Part shown: piece by piece, positions 13,421-52,000 of the stretch | How the letters are laid out: each line of letters begins with the position of its first letter | Numbering within the stretch: the stretch's first letter is position 1 | Origin: Gracilinanus agilis | Taxonomy: Eukaryota | Assembly (NCBI RefSeq): GCF_016433145.1 | Contig: NC_058134.1 | Span: 272,923,748 to 272,987,747, forward strand | Direction: 5' to 3' | DNA: 64,000 bases | The notes under the pieces: model-generated | What the model was told of the DNA's origin: nothing | Database searches by the model: none | Seen by the model: only the letters and a program-made list of their open reading frames with translations | Made by a program: the position numbers and the translations under genes

Positions 13421-13930
13421 TGTGGTTGCCATTTATAATAATTACAAATTAAACTATGAGTATATTAGTAGCTTTAGTAGCTTTATCACAGCAAAATCGT
13501 GATACTAAGAGAGGGATGTAGGAAGGAGAAAAGGAATTTTCTAGCCTACCACTCTAAGTCTGCTCGGAAGAAATCTAGCTTGCTCCCTCCAACAAGAGCC
13601 AAAGACATTGAAAAACCTCCGAGAACCTTCAGCTCACACTCTGCCAAAACTTAAGAGCCAAGAATCCAAGAATGAAGACCCTGAATCTCTCTCACGATCC
13701 CACTTATATACAGTTTTCTCCAACCATCAATTCTCCTCAGCACATTTCAGGACTCAATCACAGCCTTTCAATTTGCCTAGCACTGGGGTAGGGGAGGTGG
13801 TGGGGGGTAGTGCTTATGTCTGTTAGGGCATGAACTTTCTTTGTTAGTGACTAAGTGTTAAGTAGGGATACTTTGAGTTCTTGATTGGTTAGTTTAAAAT
13901 AGACAAAGGGAATAAAAATTCCCTTTCACA
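13421..13930 (-). mobile_element. Probable solo LTR
   Basis: Minus strand starts TGTGAAAGGG and ends CAACCACA, with TATATAAG at about 13702-13709; no clean TSD. Confidence 0.55.
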
Positions 13931-15084
13931 GATACATCTTTTTTTGGAGAGTGCCAACACAGGAATTTATTTTGCTTAACTATAAATATTTGTGATCAAG
14001 ATTTTGTTTTTCTCAATTGAAGGAAAAGAAAATTGGGAGGGAGAAGGCAGACTTTTGCAGACTGAAAAAAATGTAATTAAAAAAGATGACCAATGTCAGT
14101 CTATCAAGATTCTTTATGGTTTCTTAAAGGCACAATTAACAGTATTTAAAGTTTCTGCGAGTAGGCCTATTTAATCTGAGATATGAAAAATTGCAAATTT
14201 TCAATTCTTGGTTCAGAGTGCTTATATTGCAGGAATATTTGGGCTAGATTTCCTAGCATTGTCAGAGCAAAAATTTTTAAGGCCTATCCCAATATTTCAA
14301 TTATTTTTCTACAGCCTTGAAGATTTACAAAACACTTTATTCACAACAATTATGTGAGATAGATAATGTAAGGTGCATTATCTCAGTTTTACAGATGTTC
14401 TAGGCCAAAGAGATCAATGACTAGGTTAGTCAACTAATTAGTGGAAGAGCTAACACTCAAACACAAGGCTCTGCTGACACACATGACCCCCTAATTCTTA
14501 CTCTAGGATAAAATGATTTTGCAACAATTCTTGGAGATATTTGCTCCTTTCCCACTTATATGTTACCCCCTCGCCCCCCATTATTATTATTAATTTTTTG
14601 TTTTGTTTTGAACTTAATCTTAGTGACTTTTTAACTCTCTCCCCTTTGGAGTCTGATGCGGTATCAAAAAACTAAGTCCCACTTCCCTTCTTCCCAATCC
14701 CTTTCTACTTCCCCAAAATAACAGCTCTTGAACAATCCTTCGGGGTTTGCAAAGCATTCAATATAAATCATTTTATTTGAACCTCCCAAAAACGTCATGG
14801 GAGGTGCTATTATTCCCATTTAACAGATAGGGAACCTGAGGCTGCGAGATTAAGAATCATGTCTAGTCATAAATGTCTTCAACAGGATTTGCAACCATGC
14901 AGTTCTCATTCTAGGTCGAACATCATCTCCACAATTCCAGGGCGCCCTCTCCTGCCTCCGTCTGAGCTTCATTTTCAGGCTTTGCTCCCCTCCCTTTCAA
15001 CCTTGCTTTCAGGATTCCTCCTTCCTCCCTCCTCCCTACTACAGGGCGCAGGCGCTCTTTACCCCGCGAGCACGCGCTCCGTGG

Positions 15085-15130
15085 GTCACATGATTGTCTC
15101 GTGGGAACCGCCTCCCGCGCCTCACGTGAC
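15085..15130. promoter_or_regulatory. Two CLEAR/MiT-TFE E-box motifs: GTCACATGA (15085-15093) and TCACGTGAC (15122-15130)
   Basis: Match to the CLEAR consensus GTCACGTGAC, about 150-190 nt upstream of the ATG of a lysosomal hydrolase. Confidence 0.8.
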
Positions 15131-15274
15131 TATGCTAGAGGAGAAAACGCCTGCGCTGAGCTGAGACTGAGTTGCAGCGTCTTTCTTTCTCTTTCTCTGT
15201 GGCTTCTCGGCAGGGGTCTGCCCCCGAATCTTCACCTCCCAATCCCTCTTACTTCTCTCCAGCTAGCCCCGGCG

Positions 15275-41396
<26,122 letters not shown>

Positions 41397-44135
41397 TAAC
41401 CTTACCTAGCCCATGCAGTGGGATTCCTGCATTTCTCTCTGGAGTGACTATCGTGGGTCTCTCTCCAAATCATCGAGAGCATGCCTGGACAAGATTCTGG
41501 ACTGGCTTCTCATTTTAAATCCAATTTGGGAAAAAACCTAATCAGCTGACCTCCTTGCGCAATATGTTTTTAAAACTGTGAACTCCAGTTCCCACCACAG
41601 TGAGAGGTGGCCAGTCTGTGATCGATCCATTTACTCAGCATTTTGAGGTTTTTGTATACCTTTCTGAACCCAGAGTTCCTGGTGATCACCCGTGGTTCAG
41701 GATCTGAATAACAACCGAAGAATGAGTTTACAAATGAATTATATAGAGAAATATTTCACTTTTTTGCCCTTGTTGGTACAAAAGTTAATCTACACATCTC
41801 TCTGATATCATTTCAGATTTTTAGTGTTTTTGTAGCAGAAATACCAGCCCAGAATTCTAATCGCCATAATATCACTCATGATCTGAATTGAACAAGTGCC
41901 ATAGTCTTTGGACTATAAGCAATATCACTAACTCTCATGAGTGTGGCAGCATCCCAGACCTCATAGACTAATTAGTCTTTTCCTGTTTTTTGGGTGGTGT
42001 TTTTTTTTCTTTCTTTTAAATCCTGGACTAATGCTTTTAGACATATTCCCTAGAAAAACAGGCTATCTCAATTCAGCAGCAAGCTTTCATTAACAATAAT
42101 AATAATTCCACATAGCTGGTATTTTAAAGGTGACCTCTTGAGCTGTTGGTAAGTAAAACAAGTGCTGCTATGTAGTTAGGATTACCAGTCCCTGATTGTG
42201 CCCAGAAATGGCTGTTTTCCCAAGAAAGCAACAAGTGCGCCCCTTCTCCCTGCGCTACTGAGAAGTGGCACATAGCCGGGCACTGATGAGAGCGCCAAGG
42301 CAAGAGCCTGCCAGAAGAAGCTAGTCTTAGGCTGACGTATTCGAATACTACACTTTTGACTACCTGTCGAGTAGTTGGTTCTTTAGTCTGCCTTGACTTG
42401 TCGTTTGACTCCTCTGTGCCAATTTATCGGCAAACCTGTTTTTCACAACTTTCCCATTTCCCACCCCCTCTTCTTCCCTCAGTGATTGCCTAGAAGTATA
42501 AAAATTCTGCCCCTTTCCTGTCTGAAATCATTAAGTAATTTAGAAGTGTTAGAATCTCCTGTGGTTTAACCCTGGTTCTCACTGTGGAGAAAAACTAACC
42601 ATTGTCATGCTTCCCACCCTGAGAGATCTTAACACCATGCAGTATTGATGTTTAACTTATATCTACTTTTTAAAAGCGAGAACCAATTTATAGGAGAGTA
42701 GGCAGAAGGAATATGTGGTTCGCAATGGACTGACTTGTCTCAGGCAAAAAAAAAAAAAAAAAAAAAAAAGATTTTTAGCTTTATTTAGGGTTGTACATGA
42801 AGCTTTAAATGTCTTGTTTTTCATCCTTAGTTAGATAGCAATTCTGGGTTAATAGCCATAGGATTTATCCCTTTACATGATTCCCATTTCATGTGGGATT
42901 CCCGATTTATATATGTAATTCAGATTAACCTCTGCATGTTATCCCTGTGGAAAAACTCTTTAAGAGGAGGAGATGTCTAGTTAGTGTTTTTTGAAAAGCC
43001 ATTCTTAAAGCTGAAATGACATAAGACAGACCAGGAGGTCACACTAGAATGGGGGATGACTTTTTGTTCTTTACATTTGATTCTTTACAAGAGTGAAAAA
43101 AACATATAAGCAAACTGATTCTCATCTAACACAGTATACAGTACTTACTAATAAAAATAAATACTACCATTTTTCCAGAGTAAAAAGAAATATATTTTCC
43201 CATTCAGTCATTGAGAGTATCACTCCCCTATTCCAGTTTCAAAATATAGGAACCTATCACACAAAACATTAAAATCCAACTAAAGCGGACTGCCTACGAT
43301 GTTGCTGCCCCATTCCTCGCAATATCCAAGGGATGAAAGAAGCTCCATGGCTTCTTTCCCTGCCATCTCCCAAGTTGTGTTCATTGGTTCTCCATCCTTT
43401 GTAAAAGCGTGCAAAGGAACTAATGGTGTTTTTGGAGGGGAGGAGGGAGTAGTATTGACGATCCTAAAACCTGGTGCCGTATCCAGGGGAAATCAGATTT
43501 GATCCTCCCAGGAGGTTTTTCTCCACCACCGGTATTGATCATCCATGTTGTGGCTGGATTTCGTGCTCCTTTTTCTCGAGATGACTATGCCCTGTGTGCA
43601 CCTTTTATTACCAATGAGCCATGTAACTCAACACAAATAGAGACCTTGCCTTACGACCCTTCCCTTAGGAAGCTGTTTCTCAGTCAGTAATGGGACAGAT
43701 TCAGACACTTCACCAGTTTACTCTGGTCTGCAAAACAACAGATTTTGTTGGACTAGCAAGAGAATGTGGGCAGCATGCGTGTGTTCCTGGCCTGGCAAAT
43801 ACACACATGTAACTTCTTTCAATGGTATGTTATAACTTATCTCATTTCTGGGGAGATGTCATCCCAGGTGTCCGTGAGGAGAAAACGAAGGCTTTACTTG
43901 ACCAGGATGTACACTGGAAGGCGGACTCAGTCGACCAAACAACCAAAGCAGATGCTCCTTTTCAGTCCTTTGGTTATGCTGCTGAGGTCCAGCCATCGTG
44001 TCGTTTGACTCTGTCTTGTTAACCTTGCCCCTCCTTTGTTGTGTTATTTCATATGGTTTAGAAGTGCCCTTCCGAGGACCCTGTTCACTGCTGCACTTTT
44101 CAATGAATTAAACTATCTAATGGAAAAGGTCACTT
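41397..44135 (+). other. GNS: GNS 3' UTR (end uncertain; proximal end near 43180, distal end near 44130)
   Basis: Largely repeat-free sequence after the stop. AATAAA at 43150-43155 and 43156-43161; ATTAAA at 44107-44112 followed by a GT/T-rich tract. Confidence 0.55.
43150..43161 (+). terminator. Tandem canonical poly(A) signals (proximal)
   Basis: AATAAAAATAAA = two adjacent AATAAA hexamers about 1.75 kb after the stop. Confidence 0.55.
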
Positions 44136-44165
44136 TGGTTTCTGTGCTTTATTCTGTGGCTTCTG
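44107..44165 (+). terminator. ATTAAA poly(A) signal with downstream GU/U-rich element (distal)
   Basis: ATTAAA at 44107-44112, then ctttggtttctgtgctttattctgtgg about 22-48 nt downstream. Confidence 0.5.
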
Positions 44166-45063
44166 CTAGAACCATGTCCTAGTTTAGGCGAGGAGGGTCC
44201 TCCTTATGGTGACCTCCCCTTTGTAGTGGAGGCTTTCTAGGAAATCCTCTCAGAAGGCAACACCCACCCCATATTGACCAATTTTCCCTGTAACGTCTCT
44301 GAGGCTTCTGTTATCAATAGCGACGAGTGTAGCCGAGGAACGTGGCCAAGAGCAGAGAGAAGGTCATGCTTGCTCTCCAGATGTCAACACGAACCCTGGA
44401 CAGGAAAAGAAGGCCTCGTGGGCAACGTGAGGCTGGGAGATCCACCAGGAGCCAGAAAGGGAGCCAAGATCCTGGGACTTCTCAGTGCGAATTCTGCTGC
44501 TCGCTGGGACCTCCGTGGTGAGTGGGGAAACTCGGGCCAAGAAGCTGTGACTTGCTTGCGGTCCACACTTTTGAGGTTTCTGGCCTTCCTCCTAGGCCTG
44601 CCGTCTCCCCTGTGCCGCCCAGTGGCCTACGGAGCAAACGGTTCCGTTGTACATCTTGATCTTAGTGTCTCCTCCAGGCCCCAATGATCTTGCCCAGTTT
44701 GGTGTCTGATCAGATCGGTAGAAACAAACATCTCCAATGACGGCCCCTCTAGGACGATGGTCACAGAAGTAGCATTTCCAATGACTTGTCGTTTTCGCAC
44801 TCAGAAGTACCATCGTTAGGATACGGGGCTCCACGCAGGGCTCCCAAGGGGAATGGGTGTGGGGGAGGCCCATTCCAGGCTCTTCCTCCCCCTTTGGGGG
44901 CCACCTTTCACCCAGCTCGCCCGTAGCTCCAAGAAGCTATATAACACGTCCAGACGTCCTGGGATGCCCACTTTAAATGGAGAACAAACGCGACTTCCCA
45001 AGCATTGGAAATACAGATGATGAGGATTTAGAGCCAAAGAGCCAAAAAAAAAAAAATTTTTTT

Positions 45064-45240
45064 TAACCCTTAATTTTTGGTGTATTGTCTTATAGGTGGA
45101 AGAGTGGTAAGGGTGGGCAATGGGGGTCAAGTGACTTGCCCAGGGTCACACAGCTGGGAAGTGGCTGAGGCCGGATTTGAACCTAGGACCTCCTGTCTCT
45201 AGGCCTGACTCTCACTCCACTGAGCTACCCAGCTGCCCCC
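45064..45240 (-). mobile_element. SINE, full length, antisense
   Basis: Ends ccactgagctacccagctgcccc, the reverse complement of the SINE head. Confidence 0.88.
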
Positions 45241-45999
45241 TAAAAAATTTTTTTAAAAATGAGAATCAATATGTTGAAAAAGTCCAAAAATGCTTGCAAT
45301 ATGCAACACTCGTGGACTGCCCTGCTCTGCCAATGGCTCTCTCTCCTTCGAGCCATGCTAACTTCTTTTTTTAGCCCCTTACCTTGTGTTCTTAGAATCA
45401 ATACTGTCTTTAATTCCAAGGGGAAAGAGTGGTATGTCTTAGGCAATAGCGGTTAAATGAAGTGTCTGGGGCTAGATTTGAACCCAGGACCTTCTGTATA
45501 GTCCTGAGCCACTCAGCTGCCCCCATGCTAATGCTTTATCATTTTGAAATTTTGATTTATATGTCTGGTTCTTTACATTGTTATAGTCAGGTCCATTGTG
45601 TTCTAGGCTTGCCTCTACCACCATTCATGCAGCTCTTTCCAGGTTTCTCAGCGGGCATCCTAGATCTCCTGCTTATAACAGTTCTATTCCATTCTATTCA
45701 TGTGCCTTTGTGTTTATTCATCCCCCAGTTGTTTGCTACCATAAAAAGGGTTGCTGTAAATATCTCGGTGCGTTTGGGGATACATGGCTCTGTTTTGTCA
45801 GTGCAGGAGGAAGCTCGCTTCCTAGCCCAGGAGAGGCGTGGGACACTGGGGAGGAAGGAGATTGGAAGTCACGAGCTCTGCCGGGAAGGAAGCCGGAGAG
45901 CGCCGTGCTGCTGGGACGGGAGGCTGATGAGAAGAGCTGTCTGCCCAGTCCAGGTGGCTGTGAGACGTCCTCCAGGGGCTTGTGAGTAGGAGGAGAGAA

Positions 46000-48900
46000 G
46001 GCAGATAGATGGTGGAAGTCATTTAGGGCCAAAGTTTGGTAAGAGGACACGGGGGCAAGGGATTGGAGAGCCAAGGACGGTGCCTGGCCCTGGACCGAGA
46101 GGAGAGCAAGTGGATGCACCCAAGAGAAGGCACCTCTTCAAGGAGTTTAACTAAGAGGAGGTGATAGTGGGTCTATCAAAGGTTAGTGATAAGTTTTTGA
46201 TTTGTTTTAAAGATGGAGGAGACTTGAGCTTGTTTCTGTGTAGGCAGTGGGGAAGGATCCAAGAGAGTTTAAGAATTATAAAGGTTGGAAGCAGTTGCTG
46301 CAGACAGGACAAGACAGGATTAAAAGTTCTTGGGGAAGGGCTGACTTCGCTAAGGAGAAGGGAAGGGTCAGCACTTCATAAAAGACTAAAAGAAGAAAGA
46401 ATGAGAGTTGATATCTGGAGTGTTAAGATATAGAGAAGGCATCTGGATGGCTCAGTAGATTGAGAGCCAAGGTGGTCCTGGGTTCAAAGGTGGACTCAGA
46501 CACTTCCTAACTGTGTGTCCCTGAGCAAGTCACTTAACCCCCATTGTCTGGCTCTTACCACTCTTCTGCCTTGGAACCAATACACTAAGGGTGTAAAAGA
46601 AAAAGTTCATGTAGAAGGATTGACCTTGGTAAGAAGAGTCACCTCCTCATCAGAAACTAGAATAAATGAAGCAAGAATGAGGGTGGATATCCTGGTGTTA
46701 AGATATAGAGGCGTGGTGAGGAAACAATTCAAAGCAAATAATTTCTGTTCTTTCAGTAAAATAAAGAGTTCTGGTCCTAGGAGGCTTCATGGCAGAAGAG
46801 AAAAGGTGGAAGAATTGATTAGGAAAGTAGGACAATTGCCTTGTAGCTGTGAGGACCCAGTGGAAATTAGATAACAAAGTTGTAAGTGATGCAATCCATA
46901 TATAATATATATATTATGTTACATAATATAATCAGATGATTATATACCTTTTTTTTGCCACTACATAAATAGGAACAGAGGACAAGTGCGTTTTAGCTGG
47001 GCACACATTGCCATAGGACAGGAGGAAAGGAGTTTTAAAGCAGAAAATAGCGTAAAGTTGAATTATTTATAAGAGTCAAAAATAGGAAGGAAAAAAATGT
47101 GAAGTCAGCAGAGGTGATATCCTAGGAGAGGTGGAGGGACTAGAGGCCATTGCGAAAAGAATTGGTTTAAGAAGACTGAGGAGATAAATGGAATGATGGT
47201 CAGTTATTGTCATATAGCAGAATTTCAGAATTCTTGACCAAGCTAGTGGAGTCCTTCTGAGGAATGCTAAGATGAAGGGTGTGACCATCGCAGAGTATTG
47301 CTGAAGTAGAGTCAAGGTATTGGTCATGAGAGTTGAGAATGCTGATGGCTGGTCTTTGAGAAAACACGTATAAAGGAGAGACAAAATATGGTATATTCCA
47401 GGCAAATCAAACCTTCACCACTTCTGATGGAGAAAAGCCAGAATCCTGAGTTCTAAAGCTCAGAGAATATCAGTGCTGGATACCACTTTGGCCCTGCTTC
47501 CAGCCTGGCTCAGCCCCAACCGACCCCCAAGCCATCACCTAGGGAATCAGTTCTGGTGGAGGTGTCACCTAGCCACTGAATATCCCGAAATGAAAGTCCT
47601 CAACCACCAAAATCCTTGGTCAAATGGTTCAAAATCAGAAATGGTCGTGGTTGTAGCAATTAAAATAACATTAGAGGGGGGCAGCTGGGTAGCTCAGTGG
47701 ATTGAGAGTCAGGCCTAGAAACAGGAAGTCCTGGGATCAAATCTGACCTCAGACACTTCTCAGCTGTGTGACCCTGGGCAAGTCACTTGACCCCCATTGC
47801 CTACCCTTACCACTCTTCTGCCTTGGAGCCAAGACAAAAGGTAAGGGTTTAAAAAAAATAAATAAAATTTTTAAAGATAACATTAGAGAAGATATGTTCT
47901 TGCCTCCTAACTCCCTTGGGGTCTTGCCTTCTAATTTATAGCTGAAACTTATATGTATTGTCTTCCTCAATAGAATGTGAGTCTCTTGGAGCAGAAGCTG
48001 TCTTGCTTTGTGGTCCTTATTTCTTAGCACAGTACTTTTCGTATAATAAGTCTTTGTCAAAGTTTTTTTTAATATTCATAATGGCAAGAGTTGGGGTGAT
48101 AAGAAGGACTTTGAGTCAGGCACTGAACCCCTTGGGAAAGAAAGGAGAAAGACGTGGCAACTGCTGTGAGGATTTGGGGTAGGTGATAATATCTGAACTG
48201 GATGAACCTCAAAAGGAATAGAAGTTACCAAGGAAAGACTGGAAGTAGCAAAGGAGAGCAAGACAGACGCCTGCTCTTCCTTCTGAACAAATAGTTTAGG
48301 GGGCAGAAGAGAAGGTCCAACTAGGACTGGACATGGCGGCCAGAAGATACAAGGAATAAGAAGGAAGCTAGGATAGAGGGAAGTGTGTTAACAAGCAAAC
48401 AGGGCATGCAAGGTATGGGATGGCTCCTCATAGGATGGGAGAAGGAAGAGGGTCTGCAACAGCTGCCAAGAGTAATATATATTTGGAGGAACAAACTCAT
48501 TGCTAAGCAACGAGGGTTTCTCTAAAGATAGAAAGATCGTTACTGTCAGCTGTTAATAGTAGGTGATTATGTTGAGCCACCACAAGATGGGGAGGGAGGT
48601 CAAGTCAAGAATAGTTGTTGGGGGCCAACTTGAAATGAATACTAGGAGTCTAAATCCCAACCAGGATTCTCTGCAAAAGTGTGTGGGAATGCGAGGAGCT
48701 AGAAAAACTGCCTTGCATATTTCTGATGTTGAACCATTTGACAGTCATCTCAGTAGGTGGAGGGAAGAGATTCTCCCCCAACAAAACAGGTCATCTAGCC
48801 TTTTGGAAGCAGGTTGACCCATTAAATGTATGACAAAAGACATTTTACAATTTAGCAAGCATTCAGTAAGCACCTGGTAAATGCTGGACAATCATTCAAA

Positions 48901-49090
48901 ATTCTGGTGATACAAAGTCAAAAATTGGAAGAGAGCCAGGAGAGAGCAAGGGCATGAAAACCCAGAGAAGAGAGCATCCAGGAAGAAAAGATGGCTAACA
49001 TTCTGCAGAGAGGTCAAGAAGAATGGAAATTGGGAAAAGGTCTCATTGGATTTGGCGACTAAGATGGGACCAGCAAGTGTCATTGTGGAG
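46000..49090 (-). mobile_element. Fragmented L2 with inserted SINEs (about 46435-46590 and 47677-47876)
   Basis: Purine-rich reverse L2 text; the SINE at 47677-47876 has TSD ataacattagag (47665-47676, 47877-47888). Confidence 0.65.
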
Positions 49091-52000
49091 GTGCTGCAGA
49101 AAGAAATACTTCTGCACTGTTGTGAGCAGCAGTGTCAGAGATCAATTTTATTCATTTTCATTAGCTGAATCTATTCCTTCTGTCAGAGTGACAGAATCTC
49201 CTTCAATATGCCTTTGACAGATTTCTTCTCACAAACCATTTTGAAGAAACATTTTCAGGATTCTTGAACAAGGAAATTTCAGAATTTGGGGGAAAAGATA
49301 CTTGCATAACCCTACTGGTAAGATAAAATTTCACATCATATTTTGTTTCTCCAGTCCTGAACAGTGGTCAGTCAGTCTTGGAGAAGCATTTTCCTAAAGC
49401 CTCAATCCCTCTCTGACCACCCCCTGCCCCCACCCAAAAAAAAAAGCTGGTAACTGAAGTAATCAAGGGAACCTGGAAATTATTTTAAGTAGGCATGAAA
49501 TATTTCTGGTTTTAAATCCAGTTATACCTCTTAATCAATTTTCTGGGGACTTAACTTTCATTCTTGACCTGCTACAAATTTTTCCAAAAGAAATTAGGTG
49601 GACAGATGGATGGATAGAGACAGACAGACAGCTAGATATAGAGATGATAGTTACATACATATGTATACATACACACACACACAAAGCATTTATTAAGTAC
49701 TAGCTACCAGGCACTAAGAGAAAGGGGGGAAAGGATTTTAGTGGATGGCATTATTTCCTGAGAAGTTTAAGTATTGCTCAAGATTCCTTCCTTCAGGCAA
49801 ATGTAGAAATGACTTTAGACTAAAAAACATTTTTCTTAATATTTACAGTTGAGCAAAAAAGGGAGATTTTAATATGCTTCCACAGATGGCTAAATAAGAC
49901 TTCTCCCAAATGAAAAGAGGAAAAGCTTCTTCTCCAGACCACACCTGCCTCCTTCCATCCAGTGGACTTAGAGGCAGAAACTTGCCCTTGATCACCATCC
50001 CCTCTCCTTCACTCTTTCCATCAGATGGTGGAGTGTGCTATAGCTCCCACATTTATGGTGTCCCAGTGCTACTAGGTAAAAAGAGCTTATGCAGCTTTAA
50101 CCTAGGGCCAGTGGCTTGGACCAAACATGGATTCCTTCTTTTGCTAGCTTAAAGAACTTAAGAATAGAGGTTATTTTAAAAAATTCAAAACCAAATTCAC
50201 AATTAGGGAAACCCCAATAATGTTTGACTGGTGATCTTATAGTATAATCAAGTTCAAAGGAAACACGGAGGTCCAACCTTTCCCATGAATGGGAAAGATG
50301 AGGCCCAGTGGAAGTTAAGTGACTTACCCAAGGCTATACATCTAAGTGCCTGAGGCAGAATTTGAATTCGAGTCTTCCTGACTCCAGACCTAGTACTCTG
50401 TACCACCTAGCTGCCTCCCAAATTTAAATAAAAAATAGCCAGCATTTATATAATTTACTATGTGCCAGTCATTGTGCTAAAGCTATAGTTTTCTCTTTTG
50501 ATCCTCACAAAAACCCTAGGAGACAGATGCTGATATTATCTCCATTTTTATAGATGAGGAAATGGAGGCAAACAGGGTTAGGTGACTTACCCAGGCTCAC
50601 ACAGCTAGTAAGTATTTGAGGCCAGATATGAACTCAGATCTTCCAGGCCTACCACTCTATCCACCACACCACATAACTGTCCTAGTTGCAATGCAATGAC
50701 TTTAATACAAAAAAAGCTTTTCAATTTCATGACTTCATAATCAAAATTATTGTAATTGCCTCTTTGATGGATAATTCCCTTTAGAAGATAACCATGAGAC
50801 AACTTTATCAGTTCTCTTCTATTAAGTTGCTTATCTGTTGCTTTGACATTCTTTATTAGCTGTTCTGTGTGTGTCTTATGGACCCAGAGTTTTAAATTTA
50901 GGGCTGTGCTGGGAGATCCGCTGCACCAAGAAAGCTTGCTTTGGACCCCAGTGTGATGTAGTCTTTTGAGCAGTGGTCAAGGCAGGATGGTATCCAGAAC
51001 ACTGCACTCAAGAGGGTTGGTTTCTGTGTCCATCTTTGACTAGTGACTCAGTAGACCTTGGGTGAGTCACCGCTCCACCACTCTAGCCTTCTGTTCCCTC
51101 CTGTAAAATTATCCATGATTTCTTACTTTGATGGCGCCATGATCTCATTCCACTGGTCCTTTGAAGAGTGTGAGCTTCTAGAGGACAAGGACAGTCATTT
51201 CCCTTTCTCTATGGCCCTAGGTACTTTGTCTACCTGACTCATAGTGCAGGTGTTTAATAAACACTTGACTACAGAAAAAAAACTATCTAGACTTCTTCAT
51301 CCTTCAAGAGTGTGATCCATTTCCTCCCATAAATCCACTCACGTGTCATCTCAACACCCTGAAGGCTGTCCACTAGGGGGCAATTTTTTTTTTTCCTAAT
51401 GAGTCAGGGTAGGAAACCAAGGTGGGGTGAAAAAGAAGAGTCAATGAGACAACTTTTATTTTAAAAAATACAGTGATGAGAGCAAAAGGCAAGAACAAAA
51501 GAAGCACAGAGATGCAGGGTAGCTTTGAAAGCTTCAGTTCATGCTGGCCACCTCTGGTAGGTAGGAAGGAAGGAGAGAGGGAGACAGTTTGGATCGTGTA
51601 ACGGAAAATTTATGTGGAAATTTGGTAATTGGTAAAATTGAGTAAATTGATAAAAATAAATTGTTAAAAAATAAAAATTCATGAAAGTTTCAGTTCAAAC
51701 TTATACACTTAAAAAGCAAGCTGTACATTATATAGAAATGGGCAATTTCACATACAATTCTCTTTTTCTGTGCATAAGGGAATACCCATTTGGGTACTTG
51801 AGTTCAGATTAAAAATAAATTTTAAAAACTATCAATAGCATCTTACTTCATAGTACTATTATGAAGTTCCATGGTAATAATATGTATAAAGAACTTTGCA
51901 GATCTTAAAGAGATATAGATGTATGTTGGTTATGGTGATGGCGGTTGTAGTGGTGCCAATGATGATAATGCCAGTTGGCTATATTGGAGGCATAAGGCAG

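Noticed and set aside
1-14900. TBC1D30 exons (the head-to-head neighbour of GNS in human)
   Set aside because: No ORF or hand translation resembled TBC1D30 and there is no second CpG island here; the region is explained by repeats.
15101-15274. N-terminal extension of GNS suggested by track ORF 15101..15553
   Set aside because: Starts at GTG inside the promoter between the CLEAR sites; the first in-frame ATG is 15275, which yields a normal signal peptide.
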